Source: Pelomyxa schiedti (taxonomy: Eukaryota > Protista > Evosea). Taken from it: a DNA stretch of 64,000 bases. Below are positions 44,086 to 56,215 of this stretch, in pieces. Where the stretch lies: positions 1 to 64,000 of the forward strand of contig JAHLWZ010000833.1 in assembly GCA_020536535.1 (NCBI GenBank), written 5' to 3'. The first letter of the stretch is position 1; every line of letters begins with the position of its first letter. A model generated the notes under the pieces. That model was not told the origin of the DNA. It was given only the letters and a program-made list of their open reading frames with translations, and did not search any database. The translations under genes and the position numbers were made by a program.

Positions 44086-44203
44086 TTGCCGGTAAGGAGT
44101 ATCCTATAGGAGAGCTTCCCGAAATCACAAATGCTATTCTCTTGACTGGGAATAGCATTTGCGATTTCGGGAAGCTCTCCTATAGGATACTCCTTACCGG
44201 CAA
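44086..44203. repeat. Inverted repeat, 56-bp arms, 6-nt loop
   Basis: 44086-44141 versus 44148-44203, 2 differences. Confidence 0.95.
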
Positions 44204-44523
44204 CGAAAGAATAAACGTCACTAGCAGGCATGGGTACTATCAGAGGATGAAACACGGTACTTGGTAGTATTGTTAGCTAACAGCAGTATCCGCTGTTAAA
44301 TACAGTACTGTGTAGTGGGAATAAACGGATCAGATAATGCCACAGTCCATATGGGAAAAAGGAAATAAAACGTTTGTGGGCTAGTTTGAGAATTAGTGCT
44401 AAAAGGGTAATCTAGGAGGAGAAACTGTGACATTTCCATGACCCCTCCCAAGCTTGGCATGCACAATCAGGCAAGCTTCTGTGGGCACTGCCCACAGTCG
44501 GACTAACCCCTAAGTAGGAAAGC

Positions 44524-44742
44524 CTACTTCCTCCCACATTGAGAAGTTCGCCAGACATCCACCGACTGCACCTCAGCCAATTTGCACATACATGCACCTG
44601 GAGAAGAGGGAATGCTAGTTGATAGGTTTCCTCCTGGAATCCAATTCATTTGTACAACCAGATAGTTATCAGTAGTGAGAGCAATGTTGAGCGCGGTCAC
44701 GAAATGGGTGTCGTTAGCCAGTAATTGGTGCGTTTCCTGCAA
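44524..44742 (-). pseudogene. Protein kinase gene fragment (subdomains IV-V)
   Basis: HFVTALNIALTTDNYLVVQMNWIPGGNL resembles the AGC-kinase segment HPFIVxLxxAFxTxxxLYLVMExxPGGEL; no intact flanking domains. Confidence 0.5.
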
Positions 44743-44915
44743 GTATAATAATAATAAGGGTAAGGCAGTTGTTGCTCATACTATATTTGTTGTATCAGGT
44801 GCAATGAGTTCGTGTTTTCACCTGCCTGAATTCTCACCTACACACAGAAGCAACTCTGTCTAAGCACTCACGAGAAGCGGCTTCATTGCTTGCCCCTGCA
44901 CGCACCCACATCCCT

Positions 44916-45695
44916 AGGTGATTTGCCTATTTGGAAAGATTAGGGCACAACCAAAGTCATAATAGCTGCCAGCACCGATGGCTAAGTGATGTGTGGTTGT
45001 GGGCGGTGTTATTAATATCACATCTTCCTGCATTCAGTGATTTCCCAAAATAAATCACCTCCGTTTCGGTGGTTTGTTTATGTTCCTTACCCACCAATGG
45101 CCGTACTTCACTCTGTTGTCAATAATTTTTCGAAAGTGTGATGTGAGAAATACCTTCGGAAGCATTACACCAAGCATTTCATGTCAATGCCAGCTGGATA
45201 GATAAGCGTGGGCTTCAAACAACAACGCGTCCAGAGTGGAGTATGTTGATTATTGGCTGCTGATTCTGCTTGCTACCGATTCCGCTGGATTCCGCGTATT
45301 CTGATTGATTGACAGGAGAAGGCAACACAAAAAGAGAATCCTCACAGAGCGTGTCGAGGATCGCGAGATTCATCCAGAGAGAGGTCTTATTGATATTAAC
45401 TTTGCCGTGTATCGTCATCGAAGTCGAGTGAGAGGAAGCAACCACAATGAAGCCCTAGGGAGTACCAGTAGCTCCTGAGTTCTTTCCTCCGCTCTGAGTA
45501 TGTTCTCGAATGAATCCTTGGTGGAGCCTCATGAATGTGCCTTTGAACTGGTCGCCGTTTGGCCACCACCTCCCACAATCCGTTGAAGGACGACCGCCGC
45601 GGTAACGCGTACTCCGCAACACCACGTCTCGTGGCTCTTTCTCGACATTCCCAACTTGTGCTTTTAAAAAGAGAAAAAAATAAAATAACACGAAG
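44916..45695. repeat. Local dispersed repeat, copy B (degenerate intron-containing gene fragment on minus strand)
   Basis: Colinear with 48722-49560; the minus strand contains a MORN-like WPNGDQFKGTF, a DFGCA string and intron-like GT..AG segments. Confidence 0.85.
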
Positions 45696-48487
45696 TGTGG
45701 GAGTGTGACGATTTCTCTCCAAGCTATCAGATTTAGTAAATCCGAATCGGGAAAACCCTTTCGAGAGAGTGCGGTGTGTGAGTTCTAGAGCACCGATGCT
45801 TAAAGGCCGAGCGGGAAAAAATCGAGCCGGGTTACTTTTTTGTGTGGTGGTTGTTTCGCGCTACTGAAGTTATCAGAATTGCGTAGCGGCCCAATCACCC
45901 GCGATTTTTAATTACGCATCGGCTGATGATTCAAACGAAGGTGTGAAGCGCAACTGGAGTACGCTGCACTACACCATGGCCGTGTTGCCTTATCGACGTA
46001 GACCACACGGAAAGATGGACACATTCCGTGCACGATGCCCAGCGTTTCTGTGCCACCAAAAAGGCAGCAAGACCCAATAATGGTACCCCAGCATTCACCC
46101 AACAGAGTGGCACACCAACACAGGTGGCTGCATGGTAACCGACACACCGGGGCCTGGGCTCCAACTGCCCCACCCCTAACTTGGTGTAGGCCGATCTGTG
46201 ACACAGGCAGATTTGCGCTTGCCTAAAAACAAGGTTTCTGTGATGGAACATGTAAGACACCGTGTCCAAAACAGAACCGTGGGCAGGAAACCCAGATATG
46301 GTACCTTGTTCGACTTTTTCCCCCTGCTCGGATTAAGCATCGCTGCTCTACCCGATTTGCCGGGCAGGTGCCAATGAGGGACCCTTGCCAAAAGTTTCAA
46401 AGTGCCACACCTGAGCAGCGCGTGTCAACCACTGGCAGCAGTGCCCTGCGTGTCCCTCTTGCATCAAACAAAACGCTGTACTTTTTCGTTTTCTTTTATA
46501 CAGCCAAATAAACACGGAAAGAAAAAACACAACAGCGAAGGGGAGTTCTGAGATCTGAGTGCATCACAGACGGGGTGTCGGGTTTCCGGACGTCCGAGGT
46601 GAATATGGCAAAAAATACGCCCCCCGCTGTTGTGTCGGTTATACACAGTGTATAGCTGACTACGACCTGATGGGTCCCACCACCACCCTCCTCGGGTGGT
46701 CGGTTCGGACGGTGCAGGCGGCGGGTATGCCCCCTTGCGATGACGTCCGTGCAAATCATGCCCCGCCGCAACTGGTGGCTCCCTGCTCCGCCGTCGCTTG
46801 TGCAATGTCGTCTGTCGGCATCCGCCCAGTTTGTTCCCGTGGCCCCCCGTTTTCGTAATACCAACTTTTGGTCATCACATCAATCACTAAAAAGATCAGT
46901 GTAGGGCACTCCATAACCCAACCCGACCACCCACAGTGCCATGATCAATAATGCTTTTGCTTGGGGGTGTTTACCTTACTTTTAATATATCTGCGGGGCT
47001 CTGCACTCTCTCTTTTGTATGCCCAAATTTTTACTACCCCCAGACTGATTAGAGAGCCAGCAATGGTGAAAAGAAAGCTATGGTATTTTTTAGATGATTG
47101 TTATAATTACTAATCCAAAATTGCTGATGCAAAGGAAACCAACAAGTTGGTGAAGCCCACCACCCCACTACCCACTTTGTATCATGCCCCGCGCTTGTAA
47201 ATGGTAGCTTCACCCAGTTTGTTGCTTTCTCTAAATTTTCTTTCTTCAGGGCCTTGTGTGTGTTCTTCACGGACAAGACAAGCAACGTTGTTCCACCGTG
47301 CAACTTGTAGTAGTACTTTCATCTTGAGAGTTTGGGCTTGTTGCTGGTGGTATCTTCTCGAACATCCTCTGGGTTTGAAGAACGTGCATTTACCATGGCG
47401 TTCACAAGCCAAGCAATAGATATAGCCCAACCAGTAATGACTCCTTTTATCTTGACAACTCGTTGTTAACATACTTTCTAGTTGCTGGAGCAAAATCAGC
47501 TCAGGAAAACAAAACAGAAAATGATGACTGCGCAATCAATACGCAGCCACAACATTTTCCTTTGTTCCTACTGCTCTCACAACGGGACCTTTCTTTATTC
47601 CTCAGCTCCCCAATCAAAAAGAATAAGGGAGGGATCCAAATTACACACCACAACTAAACACTTGTTGTGAACGCCGAAAAAAAAAAGAAAAGGGTTCTTT
47701 TTTGCAGTGGCGGTTTTTTTTCCCTGGTGCTCCCTCCTCCTCCTCCTCCTATTTGAACCGGTCCGGTCGTTGGTGTGGAATGGGAGCTGGTGGCGATTGT
47801 GTGTGCTTGCTTGCTATGCGCGTCACTGTCACGCTTATGGTTCTCTCTGTCTCCTCCCATTTAGCTGCCGCTAGAATGAATGCCAGGGCAACCGCGTGGT
47901 GACTCCTGCATGGACCACCAGGCTCGACTGTGACCTGTGTGCCGTTGCACCAGAATGTCGTACAGTGTGTTCTCGTCGTGTCAGCTCGCTACGGCCAAGC
48001 TGCAGCGCATAACCACGTAGAGCCGGAGAGGTGCCCACTCCAACAAACACACTCTCTTTTGCACAGGGTTCGATCCAGCCACACCCTAGTTGCAACAGCA
48101 CACGCCAACACCAAACATGTGTGCCAAAGCGAACCCTACGGACCCACTTAAGCACCATGCCCAATGCCAACACACTGCCACAACCGTGGCACAGCCAGAG
48201 AGCCCCAAGCAAAAGAAAGCAAGCCAAGCAAGCAAGCAAGCCAACCACCACGTACAAAAAAAAAAAAAAAAATAAACAAAAAAAACAAACCTTTTTACTT
48301 GTCGGCAACTGCGGCGCCCCTAACATAGCAACCCAAACGTAACTTAGCCGCGCGGCCAAGTAGCCCCTGCGCTCGTTTCGTCGTGCGTGCCGCCGCGTCC
48401 TTGCCCAAAACAAAAGCCAATTTTGTTTTTTTGTTTTTTGATAAACGAAAATTCCTTTTCGCATCCGAAATGGATCTGAGGGCCAAA

Positions 48488-48705
48488 TCACTGCTCAGAG
48501 AGATAACCGTTGAGTGCCGATTGGTCGTGGCTCTGACAGAATCGAAGGTACGCCCACGCGAGAATCATTCCCATAACTGAGATCGGAAACATCCACAGAC
48601 TCCCAAGCAAGGCTGCATACAGCCATTTACTAGCGGTAAATACTACTACAAGGTATTGCGTTGTGGTACAACTTAATATCATTTGGGGTAAGGGATCAAC
48701 ACTTT
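48488..48705 (-). pseudogene. Inverted partial copy of a TMEM115 gene (exon plus upstream intron)
   Basis: LLGSLWMFPISVMGMILAWAYLRFCQSHDQSALNGYLSEQ versus LLGTLWMFPLSVMGMILAWAYLRFWQSHGQSALKGDLSEQ at about 9703-9822; similarity extends into the intron at about 9609-9660. Confidence 0.9.
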
Positions 48706-48721
48706 GTGGATACAAAGTAAA

Positions 48722-49560
48722 AGGTGATTTGCCTATTTGGAAAGATTAGGGCACAACCAAAGTCATAATAGCTGCCAGCACCGATGTGGGCTAAGTGATG
48801 TGTGGTTGTGGGCGGTGTAAGTAATATCAGATTCCTAAGCTGTGAGGCATTCAGTGATTACACAAAATAATGAATGCCTCACAGCTTAGGAATCTGATAT
48901 TACTAACACCGCCCACAACCATACATCACTCCGTTTCAGTGGTTTGTTTACGTTCCTTACCCACCAATGGCCATACTACACTCTGTTGTCAATAAGTTTT
49001 CGAAAGTGTGATGTGATAAATACCTTTGGAAGCATTACACCAAGCATTTCATATCAATGACAGCTGGATAGATAAACGTGGCGATGCACCTGGCAGTCAT
49101 GGGAAGATGAGTACCTAATTGGAATGAGAATCGGCAGTGCTGTAAGAAGAGTGATACCGGATTTGAATGCATATTGCCCACAAGTTCTTTAGGTTCAAAC
49201 AACAACACATCCAGAGTGGAGTATGTTGATTATTGGCTGCTGATTCTGCTTGCTACCGATTCCGCTGGATTCCGCGTATTCTGGTTGATTGACATGAGAA
49301 AGCAACACAAAAAGAGAATCCTTGCAGAGCATGTCGAGGATCGCGAGATTCACCCAGAGAGGGTCTTATTGTTATCAACTTTGCCGTGTATCGTCATCGA
49401 AGTCGAGCGAGAGGAAACAACCACAATGAAGCCCTAGGGAGTACCAGTAGCTCTGGCAAGTGCTACTGAGGACGAGCGCCGCGGTAACACGTACTCCGCA
49501 ACACCTCGACATTCCCAACTTGTGCTTTTAAAAAAAAGAAAAAAATAAAATAACACGAAG
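48722..49560. repeat. Local dispersed repeat, copy C
   Basis: Direct, diverged copy of 44916-45695 with different indels. Confidence 0.9.
48794..48930. repeat. Inverted repeat, 60-bp arms, 17-nt loop, inside copy C
   Basis: 48794-48853 versus 48871-48930, 2 differences. Confidence 0.95.
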
Positions 49561-49876
49561 AGTGTGGCGCAGGGGAAACAGGGAATAGGATTAGAACTCA
49601 CACACCGCACTCCTTCTATCGACCTCTGAACTCTTTGGTGGAGATGATAGGGAAAGGATTTGATGTGCCCTTTGATATGACCATTGGGTGAGCAGTAGAA
49701 GCCAGAAGCTACAACCACCTGTTGTCCTCTCTCCACTGAGCCCTGGATATGAACCCTGATTTTCAACAGCTGTGTGTTTCTTTGCCGGAAATCCTCACAT
49801 GCAGAAGAAGAAGAGGGCGACTTTTTTTTTATTATTTTTATTTTTGGCGGGGTTCTCTCGGGGCTCTCAAATCCAC

Positions 49877-50653
49877 TCAAAACCGGAAGTAAGTTCTGTA
49901 CATGGTAGAGTATGGGGAGGTCATAAACCTAATTGGCAGAGTTAACTAGGCAATGCAAAGTGTTGGTGGGGAAGTACATGGGGTTGGTGGCCCAGTTGAA
50001 TCCTGGCATGTAGTGTGGCTTCATCATTGGCTTCATGGGGTTGCGGACACGAGGCCAGCCAACAATAAACTGCATAACACCAAGCTTGAACTCATCAAAG
50101 GAGATGCGGCCATCGCGATTTCGGTCGAGGTTGAAGAGAACCCATTGGGCAATCTATTGTTTGTGTCAGGTCTTGACGAAAGAAAAGAGAACGCACATAG
50201 AAGTCAATGTGGTACCCAAACTTGTGCAAGACATATTGAATTTCTAAGGAAAATAGTGAGAAACACGGGTCAGAAGGTACGGAAGAAAACCGTGTGGTGT
50301 GATAATTCCATCAGCAACAACTTGGCACTGTGTAACATAATTTAATTAGGGCTCTCACATCGACAAAAGAGCATACATAGAGGCTGTACAGCTTCATTTC
50401 GCGCCTCGGGGTCCAAATTGGCTTGAAGTACATATTTCCGGGCAGCATTTGGCCAGGATACATAGTGTTCCAAACAGGGTACCCTTGGTGAGGAAACATC
50501 GGATACGAGTTCCACGGCATAGCAGCGCGGCCGTAGGCTGGTTGTTTTTAGGTTGAGGTTAGGTCAGTACACGACAAACACGGGACAAAAAAGGCCTTAA
50601 GATCCACCTCCGTAAGATGGGGTCATCAACATCGGTTGTGCGTAGAAGGCCAT
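49877..50653 (-). CDS. Small EF-hand calcium-binding protein with P/M/Y-rich termini
   Basis: Canonical EF loop LDRNRDGRISFDEF, a degenerate first hand VADGIITPH-EIQYVL, and start MAFYAQPM. The stop is at 49877 if the last intron is spliced, otherwise 49929. Confidence 0.75.
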
Positions 50654-50857
50654 GTCTTGTGGTCTGTGTGATGCGATGATTTTATTTTAAATAATGATTT
50701 TCTTCGTGTAAACTTTAACCTCAACCCTTTACAAATTTATTTTTTCTCAACAGCGCAGCCGTTGGCGAAAAGAGGAAAGTGTAGAAAAGAAATAGAAATC
50801 GGGTTTGATTTTGCAGTAACGCTTCCTTCCTCTGATAGACTCGTTTGTTTATTTTTT

Positions 50858-52300
50858 TCACTCAAGGCACTGCAGCATTTCTGTAGCACAATGAAACTCG
50901 GGCAGTTCTTGTAGAGCTTTCGTGAGTGTTCTTATGGGCAGAATGGAACCAGATTGTGAGGCAGAGTGTAGTATTTGTTTGCATTTGTTGGAGGTTGTTG
51001 AATCACAAATAAGAGTGAAGCTGATACTGCATCTGGAACGCATCAAATCAAATGCTATAATGGCTCCACCGGCAGTGCGTGATCCCGTAAGTATGAAGAA
51101 CCTGATCTAGAGGTTAATTGGTACTTGCGAAGTGAGGATTCCCACTTGGACATGTCGGAACCAAAATGCCAGTCCGAAAAGCTGACAGGAATATCATCTA
51201 AAACAAGTTCTTCTTCGACCAAGTGTACATGCTGGTCCGCCGGTGACACGTGATCGAGTGCAAGGAATCCCAATTCGTCAAAGGCAATTGAAGTGGAAGC
51301 GGTTGCACTTTCCTTGGCAGTGGTTGCGGAAGAGGAACATGAATCACGAGTTCCAATTTCTTTTTGTTCAACGACTTGTTGAGCACCATTGGTTGGAGAA
51401 GAATCATCGCGGATTGTTCTACTTGTGATAGCACCATCATTTATACAACTGTGCGAGTTGCAGGTTCCAAAGGGAGTAGAAATTCCGAAAGAATGGAATA
51501 CACCTATAAATGGCCAACTTGTGTGATTGGTGTGTCATGGCAGCTTTGGAAACTTTTACTTGGAAATTCCTAGGCGCGATGGATCCGATTTTATGAGATC
51601 AGAAAATAACCACCCCTGGAAAAACGTATTGTAGGTGCTCGTGACCCCTGGTAGTTGCTGTAACACAACTAGAGATGCCTCGAATTCGAAGTTGTCCACT
51701 AAAATCCATCATCAAAGAATTTAGGGAAAGGTACTTACATACGAGTTGGCAAAGCTGGTGGAAGAATAGTGACAACAGCATCATCACTTTTCGGTACAGA
51801 AGAAAAAATTGCATATGCTGTTTTGACAGAAGACCATGCCTTCCTGAGGGTTTAATGTAACTATCATAACAGCCACAAAAATGGAAGAACAACTCTATCA
51901 GTTCAGTGAGCCTGTTTCTGTCAGCGAATGATGCAGGGATTTTCTCCACGGGTATACTGTAGGCAGCCAGAACTTCACACATCCTCATTGCATCCCCGCC
52001 TAACAAAGTGAGCTCTTTCAATTCGGAAACACTGTAACATGGTTTATAAGTCCAACTATGACAATGATAATGCAACCACACACAAAAAAAAAAGTTTGTA
52101 ACTCAGCGTATTTCATTTGGCTTCCATACCCCCATAGGAGCCCACAACGCCACACTTTTGAATCCCATTCAATACACCATCACGTTCAACATTCTTGCAG
52201 CTGTTTAAATCCAACAAAACTAGGCAGTGCATTCTCACTAAGGGCGCCAAGAGGAAATACAAAAAAACTCACATCGTGGATCCTCTTGTACGGCCGTCAT
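50858..52300 (-). CDS. Hypothetical multi-exon protein
   Basis: Start MTAVQEDPR followed by a GTGAGT donor; spliceable coding blocks (51599-52081, 51055-51273, 50858-51046); no domain recognised. Confidence 0.5.
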
Positions 52301-52369
52301 GAAAAAAACCCGAAAGGAAAAAAGTTACGAAGTTGTATTGTTTAGAATAGAGGGGATAGGGGATATCAA

Positions 52370-54740
52370 TCAGAACAGAGGTTTTTCGGCAACAAGCACA
52401 CAGTTGGTGTTTGGGTAGGGGAGGAGTACAAGGTCCTCTGGTGTTGTTGCAGGTCCCTCAGCATTGGTGTTTTGGAATATTCTCACTTTTCCCTCCAGCC
52501 TATTTTTGACCACCCAAGGGTTGGGATATGCATGTGATGCACCCTCAGTCTCTATCACTGTGAATCCGTGTTCCTGCAGTTGCTGTTTCCATTCAGTGAA
52601 GGACCAAAAGGTGAATTCTTCGTGCATTTCACTTTGCCAGTTGGCTGCACCATTGTATTGTATTAGTCACTGCTTGGTTGGTGAAGGGGTTATGAGAAGG
52701 CTGCACACCAAGGTAATCCTTCTTGGCCATGAATTCCGCTGCTGTTTTGAGGGGGACTATGTAATAATCCTCTCCTCCAATGGAGCGATGCTGATAAGTA
52801 GCCTTCATTGAAGCCGATCTCTTTCCTTTGGCAATCTCGGATGCAAGAAAATCTTCACAGAAGCGGTGGAACCTGGCGGAAGTGGAAAGCTTTTGCAGAT
52901 AAGTAGCATCCGGCGGTGTTCCTGAATATTTGTGTGAATCACATCAAAATGAATAAATTGGTACCAGAGGCTTTTCCCTCCCATGAGGTCTCAGCTTCAC
53001 CATCTGTTTGGCAGCACCACATATATACTTCGCGGTTTTTATCTTCGGGTCCCACAACATCTCTTATTACAAGTCGACCTCCTTTTTTAAGCTAAAGTGA
53101 ATAAGATTAATGATACAGTAGTCACCTACTTTTCTACCTGTTTTATCTTCAAGTCGAGGTAAGTACAAAGAGATGCAGCCTGTTCTCCGTAGCTCCATAT
53201 CTTTTGGTATGTCAAAGCCAATAAAAAAAGTGGTTTAGAGGTCGAACTTCATGAGTGGTAGAATTGCATATTGTGGTGTCAATAGAGTTTGGCTCAAAAA
53301 TTTCGAACATCAAGTTACGCTGCATAACAGTTAGGGGTGCTAGGTGAACATATTGAAGGACCTGGTGAAAGTGCACAAAAGTCCCCCTAAACTGTCCCTG
53401 ACGTAATCTTTCATTGCACTCTGCAAGGAATTCCTTCAAGTTCGTTTATTCCAAATAAATCAAGTGTTCCAGGGAAACCTGGGCAATGTCAATACCAAGT
53501 AAATCAGAATCTCGGAAGTCTTGAGAAATGAGCACCAGCAGGGCTCCGTCAGCACAACCCTAGTCTATGGTCATTTGAAATAGAATAGAGCAAAATCACC
53601 TCATCAACTATACGGCCAGGTTTCAAAAAACTTTTGATATCATTGTATTTGAATTTCATAACTATATGGTGAAAAATCAGTCGAAACAAGGGTAGACAAC
53701 ATATCACCGTCGGGGTTGCTCATCCCCCATGAGTACCTATATGTTGACATTAGAGCAAAGATAAGATGGTAGGACTGCATGCGTGGAGTAATCTCGATTT
53801 TCAGTCAAGCTTCCTGTACTGGAAAGAAGTGGGTCGCGAAACAGTCTCTCTATTCGCTGGAGGGACTTAATTTGAGAGGTGGGAAGTATATCAAGTTACC
53901 GTTGGGATTTCAGGAAGGTCTCTCCAAAGAGATAGAGTCGACAAAGAAAATTCATTGCATGCCACCGCGTTGGAAATAAAAGATGTTCCTCCCTGATGAG
54001 ATAAGGCGAATATACATTAATTATCTTTACCTCAGAAGAGGAACAAAAGGAAAGTAAATCAAAAGTTTTATGTGGAAGTCCAGTCACTCCAGCACCATAG
54101 GGATACTGGGAATCGTCAATAACAGAAAAACCCAACTTGAGGAATTGAGGTTGGAGACTCTCGGTTGTGAGGACCTAGGAATAGTAACCCGTAAAGTTCT
54201 CTTACTAGAGGGAAACCATACAATGGAGTTGTCAGGTGAAAAAGGTGATGTTTCCATACCCTGTATCTGCTCATTGATTTCTCTTATAAGCATTGACCCA
54301 TATGTTTCCTTAAATCCTGATGAAGGCGTAAGATGAATATGTGCAAGAATGTACCAAACCAAAATGAGGGCACCCCAGAATACAATATGGAACCCCAGTA
54401 GCCCGGCTAATAGAGTGTCCAAACCTATCAACACCAAGTACCCTTTCATGAAAAGGTAGAGGATCATAGCGGGAATTGCTCATATTGCAGCTTGTCACTA
54501 CAAAAACGAGTTTGTGGAAGGCATTGCCCTTGAGTTCCAACCCAATACATGGTGGAAAAAACAAAAAAAAAAAAAAAAGTCAGAGCAAAGTCACAGAACA
54601 ATGGCAAATACAATGTGAGGGATGTCAGCATTGGCAGCAAAACACCGTAAAGTCGAGATAGGGGAGGTCAACAACCGAGTCAGTAACGTTTCATCCCTCC
54701 TCGTGAATGCAAGATGGCGTTGCACAAATAACAAATTCAT
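52370..54740 (-). CDS. Fusion of a degenerate nucleotidyltransferase-like (NadM/HUP) domain and a class I SAM methyltransferase
   Basis: N-terminus MNLLFVQRHLAFT..LVFVVTSCNMSNSRYDPLPFHER; methyltransferase motif I IVDE-GCADG, LLGIDI, ICNSTTHE, LKKGGRLVIRD and SEMHEEF. Confidence 0.75.
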
Positions 54741-55037
54741 TACTGCGATGGTGCTCCCAACAGACCGTCACCGCCAAAAAGCAAGTATTTTTTCAGTGTT
54801 CCCTAGCGAAAATCCTTCAATGAAGTGAGGGAAGAAAAAGAGGAGAAAAAACCCTGGTTTCCCGAAATAAGTAGGTTTTTTTTGGTTATTTACGAAGGGT
54901 GGTGCTACAGAAAGGGCAGACGGCGTTTTGCCCTTACGGGTGGCGCGTGAACTCTTCTGTTGTTGTTGTTGGCGGTTTTTTGATGATGGGAGGGGGTGAG
55001 GGAGTAAGGAGGACTGACGAGGGCCCGGTGGGTTAGC

Positions 55038-55608
55038 TTAGGACTTCATGGTCGCGGATTTGGGTGACCCACGTTTCTTGACCTCACCAATTGCCTGAAT
55101 GGATGCGCATGGGGAGCAGCACCATCCAACAAGCAAATCGTTGCAGCAGTTTCCCTGAAGAGAAAGAACAGTAAGTGAAACGATATGATAAGGTGGGGTT
55201 GAGTAGAGTGAGTGGGGTGAAGTGAGAGGTTTGTTTTGTGAAACGGGGTTAGTAATGTACTTCAATTCCATAGCCCTCACGAATGATGTTTCTTATGAAT
55301 GAGGGTGTGCCGCACATGCAGTTGAAGCACCAATCGCTTCCATCGTATTTCTAATGAAGGGTCAATCGCATTCGAAAACCTAATGAAAAACTTACGGAGC
55401 GAGCAGAGGCCATAGCACAAAATGGGCAGCACCAACCATAGAGGCCTAGATACAATTAAAACGATAATAAACGATAAAGGAAGCTTTCGTACAAGTCCCA
55501 GCGCCATCGTGGCAAAGCTGTAAGGAGTTAGGTTATAAAAGGAAAAGGGTCCAAAAGAGAAGAAGGATGTGAGCTCACATCACACAATCCAATTTCCCAA
55601 GAAGACAT
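55038..55608 (-). CDS. PLAC8 family cysteine-rich protein
   Basis: MSSWEIGLCD, IRNIIREGYGIE-GNCCNDLLVGWCCSPCASIQ. Confidence 0.88.
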
Positions 55609-56215
55609 TGTTGTAATAGTTGTTAGTCGCTACGCTTGCGCGTTCGTTCGGTTTTGTTTGTTTTGTTTGTTTTTAAAATTTAACCGCACAAAGCCGTATG
55701 ATTATAAAACCCCGCGGTTAGATTAGCCGAAAAACAGAATTGGGCATTTGCGGTGATCGCAATCCGCATGCAACAGCGCCTGGGGTCAATCATTTTGGTT
55801 TCCTCACGGTTTTTCTACAGCCACACCTAAATGGCCACATTGGCATTTCTGTCAATGTGCAAGAGAGTGCACAATCATTCGCCGCCAGCGCCCTGCACAG
55901 CACATTAGCAGAAACTCAATCTACCTGGTTGTGCTCCGTCTGAGTCCTTGTGTAAGTCCCAACAACCTGGTCTTGAAACGTAGGCTCGAAAAAACTGGCC
56001 GTTCAGTGGCGTTTGTCCCTTGAAAAAGGCCAGTCAATGAACGCGCCTGTTTGGTCTAATTGGTTTTTAAAAACACCTAGTTGAATGTCAGGGATTTCCT
56101 TGTTGTCAATCCTAGTTGTACCAACCCAAATCTTCGTTCATCAGTGGGTGACTCTCACTGACAAATAAAAGAATTCACGAAAAACCATCAAGGATTTACA
56201 CTCACACGATCAAAC

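Noticed and set aside
46176-46400. WHLPGKSGRAA, faintly like retroelement RNase H
   Set aside because: Too short; no RT, integrase or recombinase motifs nearby.
48067-48078. ggttcgatcc, tRNA T-loop-like motif
   Set aside because: No acceptor stem, D arm or anticodon arm could be built around it.
43464-49560. CRISPR-like or regular repeat-spacer array
   Set aside because: The repeats are long, few and irregularly spaced, there are no cas-like genes, and the context is eukaryotic.
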